Part shown: positions 9,697 to 19,236 of the stretch, in pieces
How positions within the stretch are numbered: the stretch's first letter is position 1
Layout of the letters: every line of letters begins with the position of its first letter
Assembly: GCA_041689895.1 (NCBI GenBank)
Contig: JBDNFJ010000131.1
Location: 1 to 41,876, forward strand
DNA length: 41,876 nucleotides
Direction of reading: 5' to 3'
Origin: Gracilimonas sp.
GTDB taxonomy: Bacteria > Bacteroidota > Rhodothermia > Balneolales > Balneolaceae
Notes under the pieces: model-generated
The model's database searches: none
Seen by the model: the letters and a program-made list of their open reading frames with translations, nothing else
What the model was told of the DNA's origin: nothing
Program-made: the position numbers and the translations under genes

Positions 9697-10863
9697 ATGA
9701 TAAAATCAGCCTCATTCAAAAAATTCGCACCTGTCATGATATCATTTTATATCATGGGGTTTGTAGATTTAGTAGGCGTGGCTACCGGTTATGTGCAAAA
9801 AGATTTTGAGCTATCAGATAGTGTAGCCCAGCTTTTACCCAGTATGGTTTTTATCTGGTTTGCACTTATATCGTTACCAACCGGCATTTTCCAAGATCGT
9901 AAAGGGAAAAAGCTTACCGTTAGTATCGGAATTTTTGTCACCGGCGTTGGGCTCCTTATTCCTTTCATAATGTACACATACCCAGCTATAGTGTTGGGCT
10001 TTAGTCTATTGGGCATTGGCAATACCATATTGCAAGTATCTGCAAATCCACTACTGATAGACATTTCAACAAAAAGCACGCAATCAGCAAATTTAAGTTT
10101 TTCACAATTTGTGAAAGCCTCAGCAGCACTGTTAAGCCCTATTTTTATTGCCATTTTGGTAAGAGTATTTGGGGATTGGAAGCTCATATTTCCTATTTAT
10201 GCGGTCGTATCTATCTTAATTGCAGTGTGGTTATTGTCTATTAAAATAGAGGAGAAAACATCTTCAAAGCCACCGGCAACATTTGGTAGCGTAATTACCT
10301 TGTTGAAAGAAAAAGTGGTCATCGTTCTGATAGTAGGTATTTTCCTAATAGTAGGCTTTGATGTAGGCATGAATTCAAACATTGCTATCTTCCTTAAATC
10401 CCGATTTGCACTTGATTTGGAAACAGCCGGATTTGGTATAAGCGTATATTTCGCTTCCTTAATGACCGGACGATTTTTAGGCGCTGTCTTACTACGATAC
10501 ATTACCGAGCGTAATTTCATTATCGGCAGCTTAGTTCTCACTTTTGCCGGACTTGCAGGCATTATTTTCATTCCCTCTTTAGAAGCTGCTTGGGTGATGA
10601 TATTTATAGCTGGCTTAGGCTTTTCAAATATTTTTCCACTACTGTTTTCTATTGCCATTCATCGCATGCCCGATTATGCAAACGAGGTCTCAGGGTTGAT
10701 TATACTGGCTGTTTCAGGAGGGGCTGTAATTCCTCCACTAATGGGTTATGTAAACCAAAGCTTTGGAACTACTGCGCCTATCTTGGTACTGGTAGCTTGT
10801 ATGTTATATGTATCGTACGCCACCTTGTTTATTTTAGGCCAAAAACCTCAAGAATCGGAATAA
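9697..10863 (+). CDS. MFS sugar transporter (FucP/GGP-like)
   Basis: About 12 hydrophobic segments, GNTILQVSANPL, MTGRFLG, NIFPLLFS, GGAVIPPLMG. AAGGAG at 9686-9691. Confidence 0.9.
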   Translation: MIKSASFKKFAPVMISFYIMGFVDLVGVATGYVQKDFELSDSVAQLLPSMVFIWFALISLPTGIFQDRKGKKLTVSIGIFVTGVGLLIPFIMYTYPAIVLGFSLLGIGNTILQVSANPLLIDISTKSTQSANLSFSQFVKASAALLSPIFIAILVRVFGDWKLIFPIYAVVSILIAVWLLSIKIEEKTSSKPPATFGSVITLLKEKVVIVLIVGIFLIVGFDVGMNSNIAIFLKSRFALDLETAGFGISVYFASLMTGRFLGAVLLRYITERNFIIGSLVLTFAGLAGIIFIPSLEAAWVMIFIAGLGFSNIFPLLFSIAIHRMPDYANEVSGLIILAVSGGAVIPPLMGYVNQSFGTTAPILVLVACMLYVSYATLFILGQKPQESE

Positions 10864-10870
10864 TAAACCA

Positions 10871-11974
10871 ATGAATTCATCCAAGACTATACTCACTTTA
10901 GATGCCGGCGGAACCAACTTTGTGTTTTCTGCCATTAAGAATGAAAAAGAAATAATTGAGCCCATCACGCTGTCGGCACAATCACATGATTTAGAATTGT
11001 GTCTGGAAAACTTGGTAAAAGGTTTTAGGCTGGTAATAGAAAAAATTAAAGAGAAGCCAGATGCTATTAGTTTCGCTTTTCCTGGACCGGCCGATTATCC
11101 AAATGGAATTATCGGTGATTTGCCTAATTTTGAAGCCTTTAATGGGGGCGTAGCTATGGGGCCGATGCTGGAAGCAGAGTTTGGAATGCCTGTTTTCATA
11201 AATAATGATGGGGATTTATTTGCCTATGGTGAAGCTCTGAGTGGAATGCTACCGGAAGTAAATGGAAAGCTGGAGGCTGGAGGAAGTCCGAAAAAATTTA
11301 AAAATCTGTTAGGTGTTACGCTGGGAACCGGTTTTGGTGCCGGAATTGTGATTAATCGGACTTTGATGAGTGGAGATAACTCATGTGGTGCAGGAATTCA
11401 TGCTACGCTAAATCCTCTAAATAGAGAATGGAATGCGGAGGAGTCGGTAAGTACGCGTGCAATTCAAAGAGAATATGCGAGTGACGCAGGAATAGAAATA
11501 GATTCCAAGCTAATGCCCAGCGATGTTTATAGCATTGCTAAGAATGAGAAGGAGGGAAATCAACAAGCAGCACGTAATTCATTTCAACGATTTGGTACTG
11601 CGTTGGGATTATCACTTGCCAATGCCATCACCCTAATTGATGGCTTGGTAGTAATTGGCGGCGGACTATCGGAAGGATGGGACTTATTTGCGCCCTCTAT
11701 GTTTAAAGCACTCAATAAAACATTCAAACACCCGAGTGGCAGTGAATCGGCCCGATTATCTTGCAAAGTATTTAATCTTGATGATGAAGATGAATCCACT
11801 TCGTTCATCAGAGGGAATACCAAAAGTACGACCATTCCGGGCACTGATAAGGTAATTGTATATGATGATTCTCAACGAATTGGTATTGCAAAATCTAAGC
11901 TTGGTGCAAGTAAAGCAATCGGTTTGGGAGCTTATGCTTTTGCTATCCGCTCCTTGTCTGAAATTGAAAACTAA
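10871..11974 (+). CDS. ROK-family sugar kinase
   Basis: LDAGGTN phosphate loop, FPGPADY, INNDGDLFAYGE, TLGTGFGAG. No N-terminal HTH. Confidence 0.92.
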   Translation: MNSSKTILTLDAGGTNFVFSAIKNEKEIIEPITLSAQSHDLELCLENLVKGFRLVIEKIKEKPDAISFAFPGPADYPNGIIGDLPNFEAFNGGVAMGPMLEAEFGMPVFINNDGDLFAYGEALSGMLPEVNGKLEAGGSPKKFKNLLGVTLGTGFGAGIVINRTLMSGDNSCGAGIHATLNPLNREWNAEESVSTRAIQREYASDAGIEIDSKLMPSDVYSIAKNEKEGNQQAARNSFQRFGTALGLSLANAITLIDGLVVIGGGLSEGWDLFAPSMFKALNKTFKHPSGSESARLSCKVFNLDDEDESTSFIRGNTKSTTIPGTDKVIVYDDSQRIGIAKSKLGASKAIGLGAYAFAIRSLSEIEN

Positions 11975-11980
11975 AGTGAT

Positions 11981-14311
11981 ATGTACGTAACAAAATGGTT
12001 AATTATTTTCGGTACATGTGGAATTGCTCTACTATCAGGATGCACACAATCAGATGAGATATATCAGAATATTCCCCCTTTAGATAATATGCCGGGTGAG
12101 TGGGTTTCAGCTGATACAGCCGATATGGAGCCATCTATTCGAAATTTCAGAGGACAGGCGCTTACTAACAGAGATATAAATTCAGTAAGCTGGTTTGTTT
12201 CGGCACCGTATTCAGGCGGTTATCATACAGGCCGATTGAGGATAAATGGTGCAACACCTGAGGTTCATTCCTTCCGCTGGCAGGCGTGGCAGGCTTTACG
12301 AGTAGCCGAATGGGAGGGCTGGAAGCTCAAAAGCTCAACCCGGATGCCCATTGAGAAAGATGGAATATTATGGGAGATTTCCATCACTAATACAGAAAAT
12401 GAGTCCCGTGAGCTGAGCCTCGAATTAGATATGATTGGTTTTAACAGTTCTTATGGAGGGGAATGGCAATGGTGGTATCCATATCCTAAAATGGATGGCA
12501 AAACTACCAATCGGGATGAGGAAATCGAAAATGTCCGCACCTATTTCAATGCTGATTTCAACTCCATCAAAACTAAAACTACCGAATTAATAGGAGGGAA
12601 GCCTCAACAAAAAGATGTTACACTGAGTTGGCCTACCGACCAAGATATTCTCAAGGCTAAAAAATATGACACAATGTTGGAGGATGAGATAGTATTGATT
12701 CGTGATAGCGAAACTTCCGCTAAAACTGCATTCAAGATAGCCGATGATAGTTGGGACTATTCTAAGTTCAACAGCGGCGCTACGGCAAGAAAATCAATAC
12801 AGGTAAAAGCAGGTGAGACCTATGTTCTACAATATGTAATGCTGGTTAACTCTGATGAGAATCAGCTTAAGAAGGATATAAGCAGTGTATCAAATAGTTT
12901 TTCGACAGAATTTCGGCGTATTGAAGAAGAATGGAAATCGAGATGGCAGCAAATATTCAAACCAGATAACGCACTGCTTTCCGGGGCTTTCCCTGTTTTA
13001 GCCACCGATGATTCTCTCGCAAAGCGTGTGTACTATACTGGACCGTTGACCATGCTGTATTTAATGAATGAGAACTTGCCGCAGCACGACAGGGTGTTTT
13101 TAACCGGTGGACCGAGGTGGGGCGCTTCTATCACCTTTTTCTGGGACATTACGGAATGGAGTACGCTCTGGGCGGTAGTTGATCCGGAGATGATGAAGGA
13201 GCAGTTAACCTCATGGATTAAAATTGATCCCAGCCTTTATTATGGCAAAGACAATATCAGCGGAATTGGAGTAGGTAACGGATATTCAGCCAATTACTGG
13301 GCTCTATTTCAAATGATTCGCGGATATATCACGGTATCGAAAGATTATGCCTTTTTGGATAAGGAAATTGAAGGAGAAACGGTTTTCGAGCACTTGGAGA
13401 AGTATGCTGAGAACTGGAAGAACATTTCAATTTACGGGCAAAAGGGAGCTCAAAAAGACATCTATAAATTAGCTGATTTCGGAGATGATGAATGGAACTT
13501 GTTAGAAGCCGTTCCCACCTACAAACATATAGTTCCCTCATTTAACGCGGCCTATGTGTGGATGATGCGTGAAGCAGCCGACTTCGCGGAGCTAAAAGGA
13601 GATTCTGATAAAGCACAACAGCTTCGAAATGAATCAAATGAAATGATGATGCGACTGTTAAAATTATATGCCGGAAACGGTGTTTGGAACAGCCTATATC
13701 CCAATGGGAAAACGATTGAAGTTCGGCATTCCTTGGATTTTATGTTTCTTGGGCGATATGTACCCGAGGATATTCCTCCGAATATCAGAGAAGAGATGAT
13801 GGATTTCTTATATAGGGAGCTAATTACAGCACACTGGATGCGTGCACAATCGTTACAGGATGTAGCAGCAGAAGATTCAGGCCGACCCGACCATGGCCCG
13901 CTGGGAGCATTTGATGGGTGGCCGGCGGGAACAATGGATGCGTTAACGCAGCTTGGTTTCCCAAATAAAGCTCTCGACTTTTATCACAATATTGCCCCTG
14001 TTACTAAAGAGGGAATTTGGGCACAGGCACACGAGCTTTGGGGTGAGAATAAGCGCCAAAAGAATGCTCGAGTACGTATAGCACAAAGAGGATGGCATAA
14101 TCGGGAATCATCGGCGGGTATTGGGATGTCGCAGGTGATGTTGAAGGATTTTTTCGGATTCTATCCCAATGTAAAAGGTCAGTCAATCACTTCTCAAAAA
14201 AAACCGAATTTCACAGGAACGCTTTACAATGTGAAATATGGCGGAGTGTATTATCGATTGATTTCAAAAGATGGAAAGGTTGAAATGGAACGTATGAATA
14301 CAGCTAATTAA
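11981..14311 (+). CDS. Uncharacterized lipoprotein, probable (alpha/alpha)6 six-hairpin glycoside hydrolase
   Basis: Lipobox LSGC, beta-rich N-half, helical aromatic-rich C-half (FFWDITEWS, DFGDDEWNLLEAVP, SFNAAYVW). Located in a PUL. No family recognised. Confidence 0.55.
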   Translation: MYVTKWLIIFGTCGIALLSGCTQSDEIYQNIPPLDNMPGEWVSADTADMEPSIRNFRGQALTNRDINSVSWFVSAPYSGGYHTGRLRINGATPEVHSFRWQAWQALRVAEWEGWKLKSSTRMPIEKDGILWEISITNTENESRELSLELDMIGFNSSYGGEWQWWYPYPKMDGKTTNRDEEIENVRTYFNADFNSIKTKTTELIGGKPQQKDVTLSWPTDQDILKAKKYDTMLEDEIVLIRDSETSAKTAFKIADDSWDYSKFNSGATARKSIQVKAGETYVLQYVMLVNSDENQLKKDISSVSNSFSTEFRRIEEEWKSRWQQIFKPDNALLSGAFPVLATDDSLAKRVYYTGPLTMLYLMNENLPQHDRVFLTGGPRWGASITFFWDITEWSTLWAVVDPEMMKEQLTSWIKIDPSLYYGKDNISGIGVGNGYSANYWALFQMIRGYITVSKDYAFLDKEIEGETVFEHLEKYAENWKNISIYGQKGAQKDIYKLADFGDDEWNLLEAVPTYKHIVPSFNAAYVWMMREAADFAELKGDSDKAQQLRNESNEMMMRLLKLYAGNGVWNSLYPNGKTIEVRHSLDFMFLGRYVPEDIPPNIREEMMDFLYRELITAHWMRAQSLQDVAAEDSGRPDHGPLGAFDGWPAGTMDALTQLGFPNKALDFYHNIAPVTKEGIWAQAHELWGENKRQKNARVRIAQRGWHNRESSAGIGMSQVMLKDFFGFYPNVKGQSITSQKKPNFTGTLYNVKYGGVYYRLISKDGKVEMERMNTAN

Positions 14312-14314
14312 ACT

Positions 14315-17300
14315 ATGAATACACAAAAACTTTATCGAGTAGGAATACAAGCAGTTTTGCTGGCTTTTATTATTTCCTTTCATGCAACATCACTTTCAGC
14401 CCAAAATAAAAAGCCGACTGATTATGTAGATCCGCTAATTGGAAGTCACGATTCCCGATGGATAAACTTTCCCGGCCCAACGATGCCTTTCGGAATGGTG
14501 AAGCTCAGTCCGGATAATCAAGAACGAGGCTGGAAAGCCGGTTACGAATATAATATTTCTAATTTAGCGGGCTTCAGCCACATACATTCGTGGACAATGG
14601 CCGGTTTACTGGCGGTTCCTACCAATGGCCCTTTGAAGATAAAGCCCGGCACCGAAAAAGATCCGGACCGTGGCTACCGCTCACATTTCAGGCACGAAAC
14701 AGAACACGCTGAGCCTGGCTATTACACCGTGCTACTGGATGATTACAACATCAAAGCGGAGCTCACTGCCACCAAGCGTGCTGGATTTCATCGCTACACG
14801 TTTCCTGAAAATGATTCCTCTCGCATTCTCATTGATTTGCTCACGCCCTCGGAGTACAACTATGAAATTGGTTATACCAATGTTACAAAAGTCAGCGATA
14901 GGGAGATTGAAGGAGTGTCGTACCAGCAAAGCCTGAGAAAAGCCAATTACAATGAATACATACTCAATTTTGTAATTCGATTTAATAAGCCTTTTAAAAG
15001 CATGAATGGCTGGGTGAAAGAGGAGATCTATCGAAATGTGGATCAGATTTCATCTGGATTTGGACACAAAGATGTGGGCACTTTTTTGGAGTTTGAAACG
15101 GAGGAAGGGGAGCAAATTATGATGCAAATTGGCATTTCACTGGTTAGCGTTGAGCAAGCGCGGCTCAACTTGGAAACGGAGCTTAATCCCTATAATTGGG
15201 ATTTTGATAAAGTGCGTGCCGACAATAAAAAAACTTGGAACAACTTGCTTTCTGTTATTGAAGTGGAAGGAGGTACCGAGGCAAATAAAACTAAGTTTTA
15301 TACCAACATGTACCGTGCTTATGCCGGCCGAACCACGTGGAGCGATGTAAACGGGAAATACACGGATATGTACGAAAAAGTGCAGCAAGTAAATCCGGAT
15401 ATGCCCATTTATGGAAGCGATGGTTTCTGGATTTCTATGTGGAATTTGAATCAGCTCTGGTCATTGGCAACCCCCAAAATTGCCAATAGCTGGGTAAAAT
15501 CTATGCTCGAGATTTATGACAAAGGAGGTTGGTTACCCAGGGGTCCTACAGGAATTGAATATTCTGGAATTATGGTCGCTTCACATCAAATAAGTTTGTT
15601 GACTAATGCCTATCACAAGGGTATTAGAAATTACGATGTAGATAAAATGTATGAAGCAATCTACAAGCAGCAAACCGTACCTGGACATCCCCATGAAGCT
15701 GGTGGATATGCTGGAAACCGGAATCTTAAAGAATACATGGCCAAAGGCTTTGTTCCGGATGAGGAAGGGCCAGTTTCTAACACACTCGCGTATGCATACG
15801 ATGATTGGACTGTGGCACAAATGGCTAAAGCTTTAGGTAAAACCAAAGATTATAAGGAGTTCACCAAGAGGGCCTTCAATTACAAAAATGTATTTGATCC
15901 TGAAGTTGGGTTTATGCGACGAAAATATGCGAATAGAGATTGGGTAGAAGACTTTCAACCTTTTGGTGAAGTCACGTTTTTAGGCTCAGGTTGGGTAGAA
16001 GGCAATGCATGGCAGTACACTTATTTTGTACCGCACGATCTGCATGGCTTAATTAATTTATTGGGTAAAAATGAGTTCAACGATAGACTGCAAAAAGGGT
16101 TTGAAACCTCAGCTCCTCATAATTTTAATTCCGAGCACTTGGGCTCGAACAGCTTGTCAGGAATGGGAATATTGCCCGTTAATCATGGAAACCAGCCAAA
16201 TATGGAGGCGGCATATTTATTCAATTATTCGGGAAAGCCTTGGCTCACCCAATTTTGGTCACGCGAAATTATGGACAATTATTATGGAGTAACCCCGGAA
16301 GATGGTTGGTTAGGTGATGAAGACCAAGGACAAATGGGTGCTTGGTTTGTGATGAGTGCTTTAGGACTTTTTGAGATGGATGGTGGTGCTTCCGAGCATC
16401 CTATATACGAAATTGGAAGTCCGCTATTTGAAGAAATAACGATCCACTTGGATGAAAGATATTATCCTGGCGGGAAGTTTGTGATTAAGGCAAAAGGCAC
16501 ATCTAAAGAAAACAGGTTTATACAATCAGCTAAATTAAATGGGAAGAAATGGAATCAACCGTGGTTTTATCATGCCGATTTAGTGAAAGGTGGAGTGCTT
16601 GAGCTTGAGATGGGAAGCAGACCAAACAAGAAATGGGGAAGTAAGCCGGAGCAGTCTCCACCATCATTAAGTACAATATTGAGTCAGTCTGAAATTGATT
16701 CCATCATGGCCTACGACCGTCAGGCAGAGGAATTGGCGGAATGGAATCGTGCTGTAAAAGCCTATTATTATCATCGGAAAGAGCATTTTGAGCTTTTGCC
16801 AAATACGCCGCATTCTATTTTATTTTTAGGTGATAGCATTACCGATAATGCAGAATGGGCAGAATTGTTTGGGAACAACCCTCATATAAAAAACCGCGGC
16901 ATTGGTGGCGATGATACTGATGGTGTTTTAGAGCGGCTGGGAGAAGTAACGGAATCGAAGCCAGATAAGATATTTATTATGATTGGGACAAACGATTTGG
17001 CTTACGGGAAATCTAAAGAATATGTGGTGCAGAATTATCGGAAAATTTTGGAACGGATTATGGCAGACTCCCATGAAACTAAAATTTTTGTGCAAAGTAT
17101 TTTGCCGGTTGATGAAGTAAGGTATCCAACTCGGCCAAATGCAGCTATCAAATACATCAATCAAGAGCTCGAAAAAATGAGTGCGAAGTTAGGGTTGACA
17201 TACATTGACTTAGCCTCTGCATTTGAAAAAGAGGGGATAATCGATCCCAAATATAGCATAGACGGGTTACACGTAAATGGAGATGGCTATGAAGTTTGGA

Positions 17301-17329
17301 AAAAACTTATTCAGGATTATGTGGAATAA
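14315..17329 (+). CDS. GH92 alpha-mannosidase-like enzyme fused to C-terminal SGNH/GDSL esterase
   Basis: GH92 motifs YVDPLIG, PGPTMPFGMVKLSPD, EGNAWQY, HGNQP, GDEDQGQMGAW. SGNH blocks FLGDSIT, NRGIGGD, IGTND, DGLHVN in the last ~190 aa. Confidence 0.92.
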   Translation: MNTQKLYRVGIQAVLLAFIISFHATSLSAQNKKPTDYVDPLIGSHDSRWINFPGPTMPFGMVKLSPDNQERGWKAGYEYNISNLAGFSHIHSWTMAGLLAVPTNGPLKIKPGTEKDPDRGYRSHFRHETEHAEPGYYTVLLDDYNIKAELTATKRAGFHRYTFPENDSSRILIDLLTPSEYNYEIGYTNVTKVSDREIEGVSYQQSLRKANYNEYILNFVIRFNKPFKSMNGWVKEEIYRNVDQISSGFGHKDVGTFLEFETEEGEQIMMQIGISLVSVEQARLNLETELNPYNWDFDKVRADNKKTWNNLLSVIEVEGGTEANKTKFYTNMYRAYAGRTTWSDVNGKYTDMYEKVQQVNPDMPIYGSDGFWISMWNLNQLWSLATPKIANSWVKSMLEIYDKGGWLPRGPTGIEYSGIMVASHQISLLTNAYHKGIRNYDVDKMYEAIYKQQTVPGHPHEAGGYAGNRNLKEYMAKGFVPDEEGPVSNTLAYAYDDWTVAQMAKALGKTKDYKEFTKRAFNYKNVFDPEVGFMRRKYANRDWVEDFQPFGEVTFLGSGWVEGNAWQYTYFVPHDLHGLINLLGKNEFNDRLQKGFETSAPHNFNSEHLGSNSLSGMGILPVNHGNQPNMEAAYLFNYSGKPWLTQFWSREIMDNYYGVTPEDGWLGDEDQGQMGAWFVMSALGLFEMDGGASEHPIYEIGSPLFEEITIHLDERYYPGGKFVIKAKGTSKENRFIQSAKLNGKKWNQPWFYHADLVKGGVLELEMGSRPNKKWGSKPEQSPPSLSTILSQSEIDSIMAYDRQAEELAEWNRAVKAYYYHRKEHFELLPNTPHSILFLGDSITDNAEWAELFGNNPHIKNRGIGGDDTDGVLERLGEVTESKPDKIFIMIGTNDLAYGKSKEYVVQNYRKILERIMADSHETKIFVQSILPVDEVRYPTRPNAAIKYINQELEKMSAKLGLTYIDLASAFEKEGIIDPKYSIDGLHVNGDGYEVWKKLIQDYVE

Positions 17330-18521
17330 AAAAACAAGGATTTTCATTTATTTTGTGTTGCTGTTTTCTCTTATAGAATCAGTTCATCTGATACATGCGC
17401 AAACTGTATTCCAGGATACGTTTACGAATGTCTCTGTGCGCGATGCAGGCGAGTGGACCGATATGTTTTATAGAAAAGGAGATTGGTTTGGAGCCGATGG
17501 AATTTTCTCGTTTTCGCTGGATGGGAGTGAAGCTATTAGTGCCGGTAAAAATGGTACTACGTTGCTGACATTTTCAGATACCATGACGGGACAAGTGATG
17601 GATGATACCGTTCATAACTTCAGAATGGTAAATAATTCAGTGGCTTTGATAGATGGTATTCAACCTTCGGGACAAACGATGGATATTTTATTGAACCGGG
17701 ATAAAAATGGGAATATCATCAATTTTTTCAATCCTGATACTCCTAATTCAAGTCCTAATGAATACTACTGGATGGGAGATGGATTCATCAATAAAGAAGA
17801 CGGGAATTCTCTGAACATTTTCGGATACCGAGTGGTAGATTATAGCAATAAATCGTGGGATTTTGAGCAGGTTGGAGTTACGCTTATTACGGTCCCCGGC
17901 GCCAAGTTGAAACCCCCTTTTGAAGCACAACAGCAAATGGATGCCCCACTTTATGTGGATATTCCCGAAGTTGGGAAAGGCACTTTTGGCTCTGCTGTAT
18001 TCGTAAATACTGAATGGGCAGAAGCCCCAAATCCTGATGGTTTTGTGTATGTTTATGGACTATTGGATCCTAATAAACAATTGATAGTTGCCCGCGTACA
18101 GCCTGCCACATTTAAAGATTTTAGCACTTGGCGATTTTGGGATGGAAACGTATGGCAAGCAGACATTATTAAAGTAAAACCAATTACTAACCGTGTTTCC
18201 AACGAATTGAGTTTAACTCCCCTAAAGGACGGCCGTTATTTACTAATTTTTCAGCTTGATGGCATTGGGGAATACACGGCTTCCAGAATCGCAAAAACAC
18301 TCATTGGTCCATTCGGTCCAATTCAAAAAATCAGGAAAGCACCTGAAATTTCGAACCCACCGGGAATCATTCCGTATAATGCCAAAGCCCACCCAGTGCT
18401 CTCAACCGAAAACGAATTACTCATCAGTTACAACACCATATCTTTAGATTATTTCAACGACATTTTAAAATACCCACACATGTATCGCCCCCGATTCTTC
18501 TGGCTCTCCTTTGAAGAGTGA
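17319..18521 (+). CDS. Second DUF4185/DUF5005-like secreted beta-propeller protein
   Basis: Signal peptide from ATG 17319. GADGIFS, FSDT, YYWMGDG, SNELS, YNAKAHP, LISYN, YRPRF in the same order as 1119..2225. Confidence 0.7.
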   Translation: MWNKKTRIFIYFVLLFSLIESVHLIHAQTVFQDTFTNVSVRDAGEWTDMFYRKGDWFGADGIFSFSLDGSEAISAGKNGTTLLTFSDTMTGQVMDDTVHNFRMVNNSVALIDGIQPSGQTMDILLNRDKNGNIINFFNPDTPNSSPNEYYWMGDGFINKEDGNSLNIFGYRVVDYSNKSWDFEQVGVTLITVPGAKLKPPFEAQQQMDAPLYVDIPEVGKGTFGSAVFVNTEWAEAPNPDGFVYVYGLLDPNKQLIVARVQPATFKDFSTWRFWDGNVWQADIIKVKPITNRVSNELSLTPLKDGRYLLIFQLDGIGEYTASRIAKTLIGPFGPIQKIRKAPEISNPPGIIPYNAKAHPVLSTENELLISYNTISLDYFNDILKYPHMYRPRFFWLSFEE

Positions 18522-18749
18522 GAAGGGTAAACCGCTGAATTTAATTTATTAGCGTGATTTTATTAGTCCTTCTTTCAGATTTATACTGGCAGTTGTAGGC
18601 TTGTTGAATGGAGAACTTTTTGTAGTAATGCGGCTGTTTATTCAGATTCATTATATTTTTTTGAACAGTCCATTACGTATGATTAGATTAAGAAATCAGA
18701 AAAGTTATTAATAATTGCAACGTATCAATATTTAGCAAAAGGATAACTG

Positions 18750-19127
18750 ATGAAAGCCCAATACTATATCAATGTGGCAGACAGCTATTTGCGTTATTTG
18801 AATGAAAAAAACTTGGAAGGCATACTGTCGTTATACGCGGATAATGCTACTGTTGAAGATCCGGTTGGCAGCGAGATAGTGATGGGAAAGGAGGCTCTGC
18901 GGGAGTTCTATTCAGGAGCTGTAAATATAGACTTATCTCTTACACGTACAGGTCCTGTGCGTATTGCAGGGAGCGAAATCGCCTTCCCTTTTCAGTTAGG
19001 TATGAATATATCCGGCACCTCTATGAAAACAGATATTATTGATGTGTTTCGTTTTGATGAGTTTGGAAAGATTGTTTCAATGCGAGCCTTTTGGGGGCCG
19101 TATAACCGTACGGTGGAAAGAGAATAG
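18750..19127 (+). CDS. Ketosteroid (steroid delta-) isomerase-like NTF2-fold protein
   Basis: 125 aa. Y13, ATVEDPVGSE, REFY, IIDVFRFD..GKIVSMRAFWG align by eye with Comamonas KSI Tyr14/Asp38/Asp99. Confidence 0.85.
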   Translation: MKAQYYINVADSYLRYLNEKNLEGILSLYADNATVEDPVGSEIVMGKEALREFYSGAVNIDLSLTRTGPVRIAGSEIAFPFQLGMNISGTSMKTDIIDVFRFDEFGKIVSMRAFWGPYNRTVERE

Positions 19128-19236
19128 TTTCTCTGCGCAGCTTTTACTGTTAACCAGAGTAAGATTCATGGACACAATACTTTGGGCAATACCATTTTCT
19201 ACTAAACACACCTTATTTTTGGCTGTGCCTTTGCGG

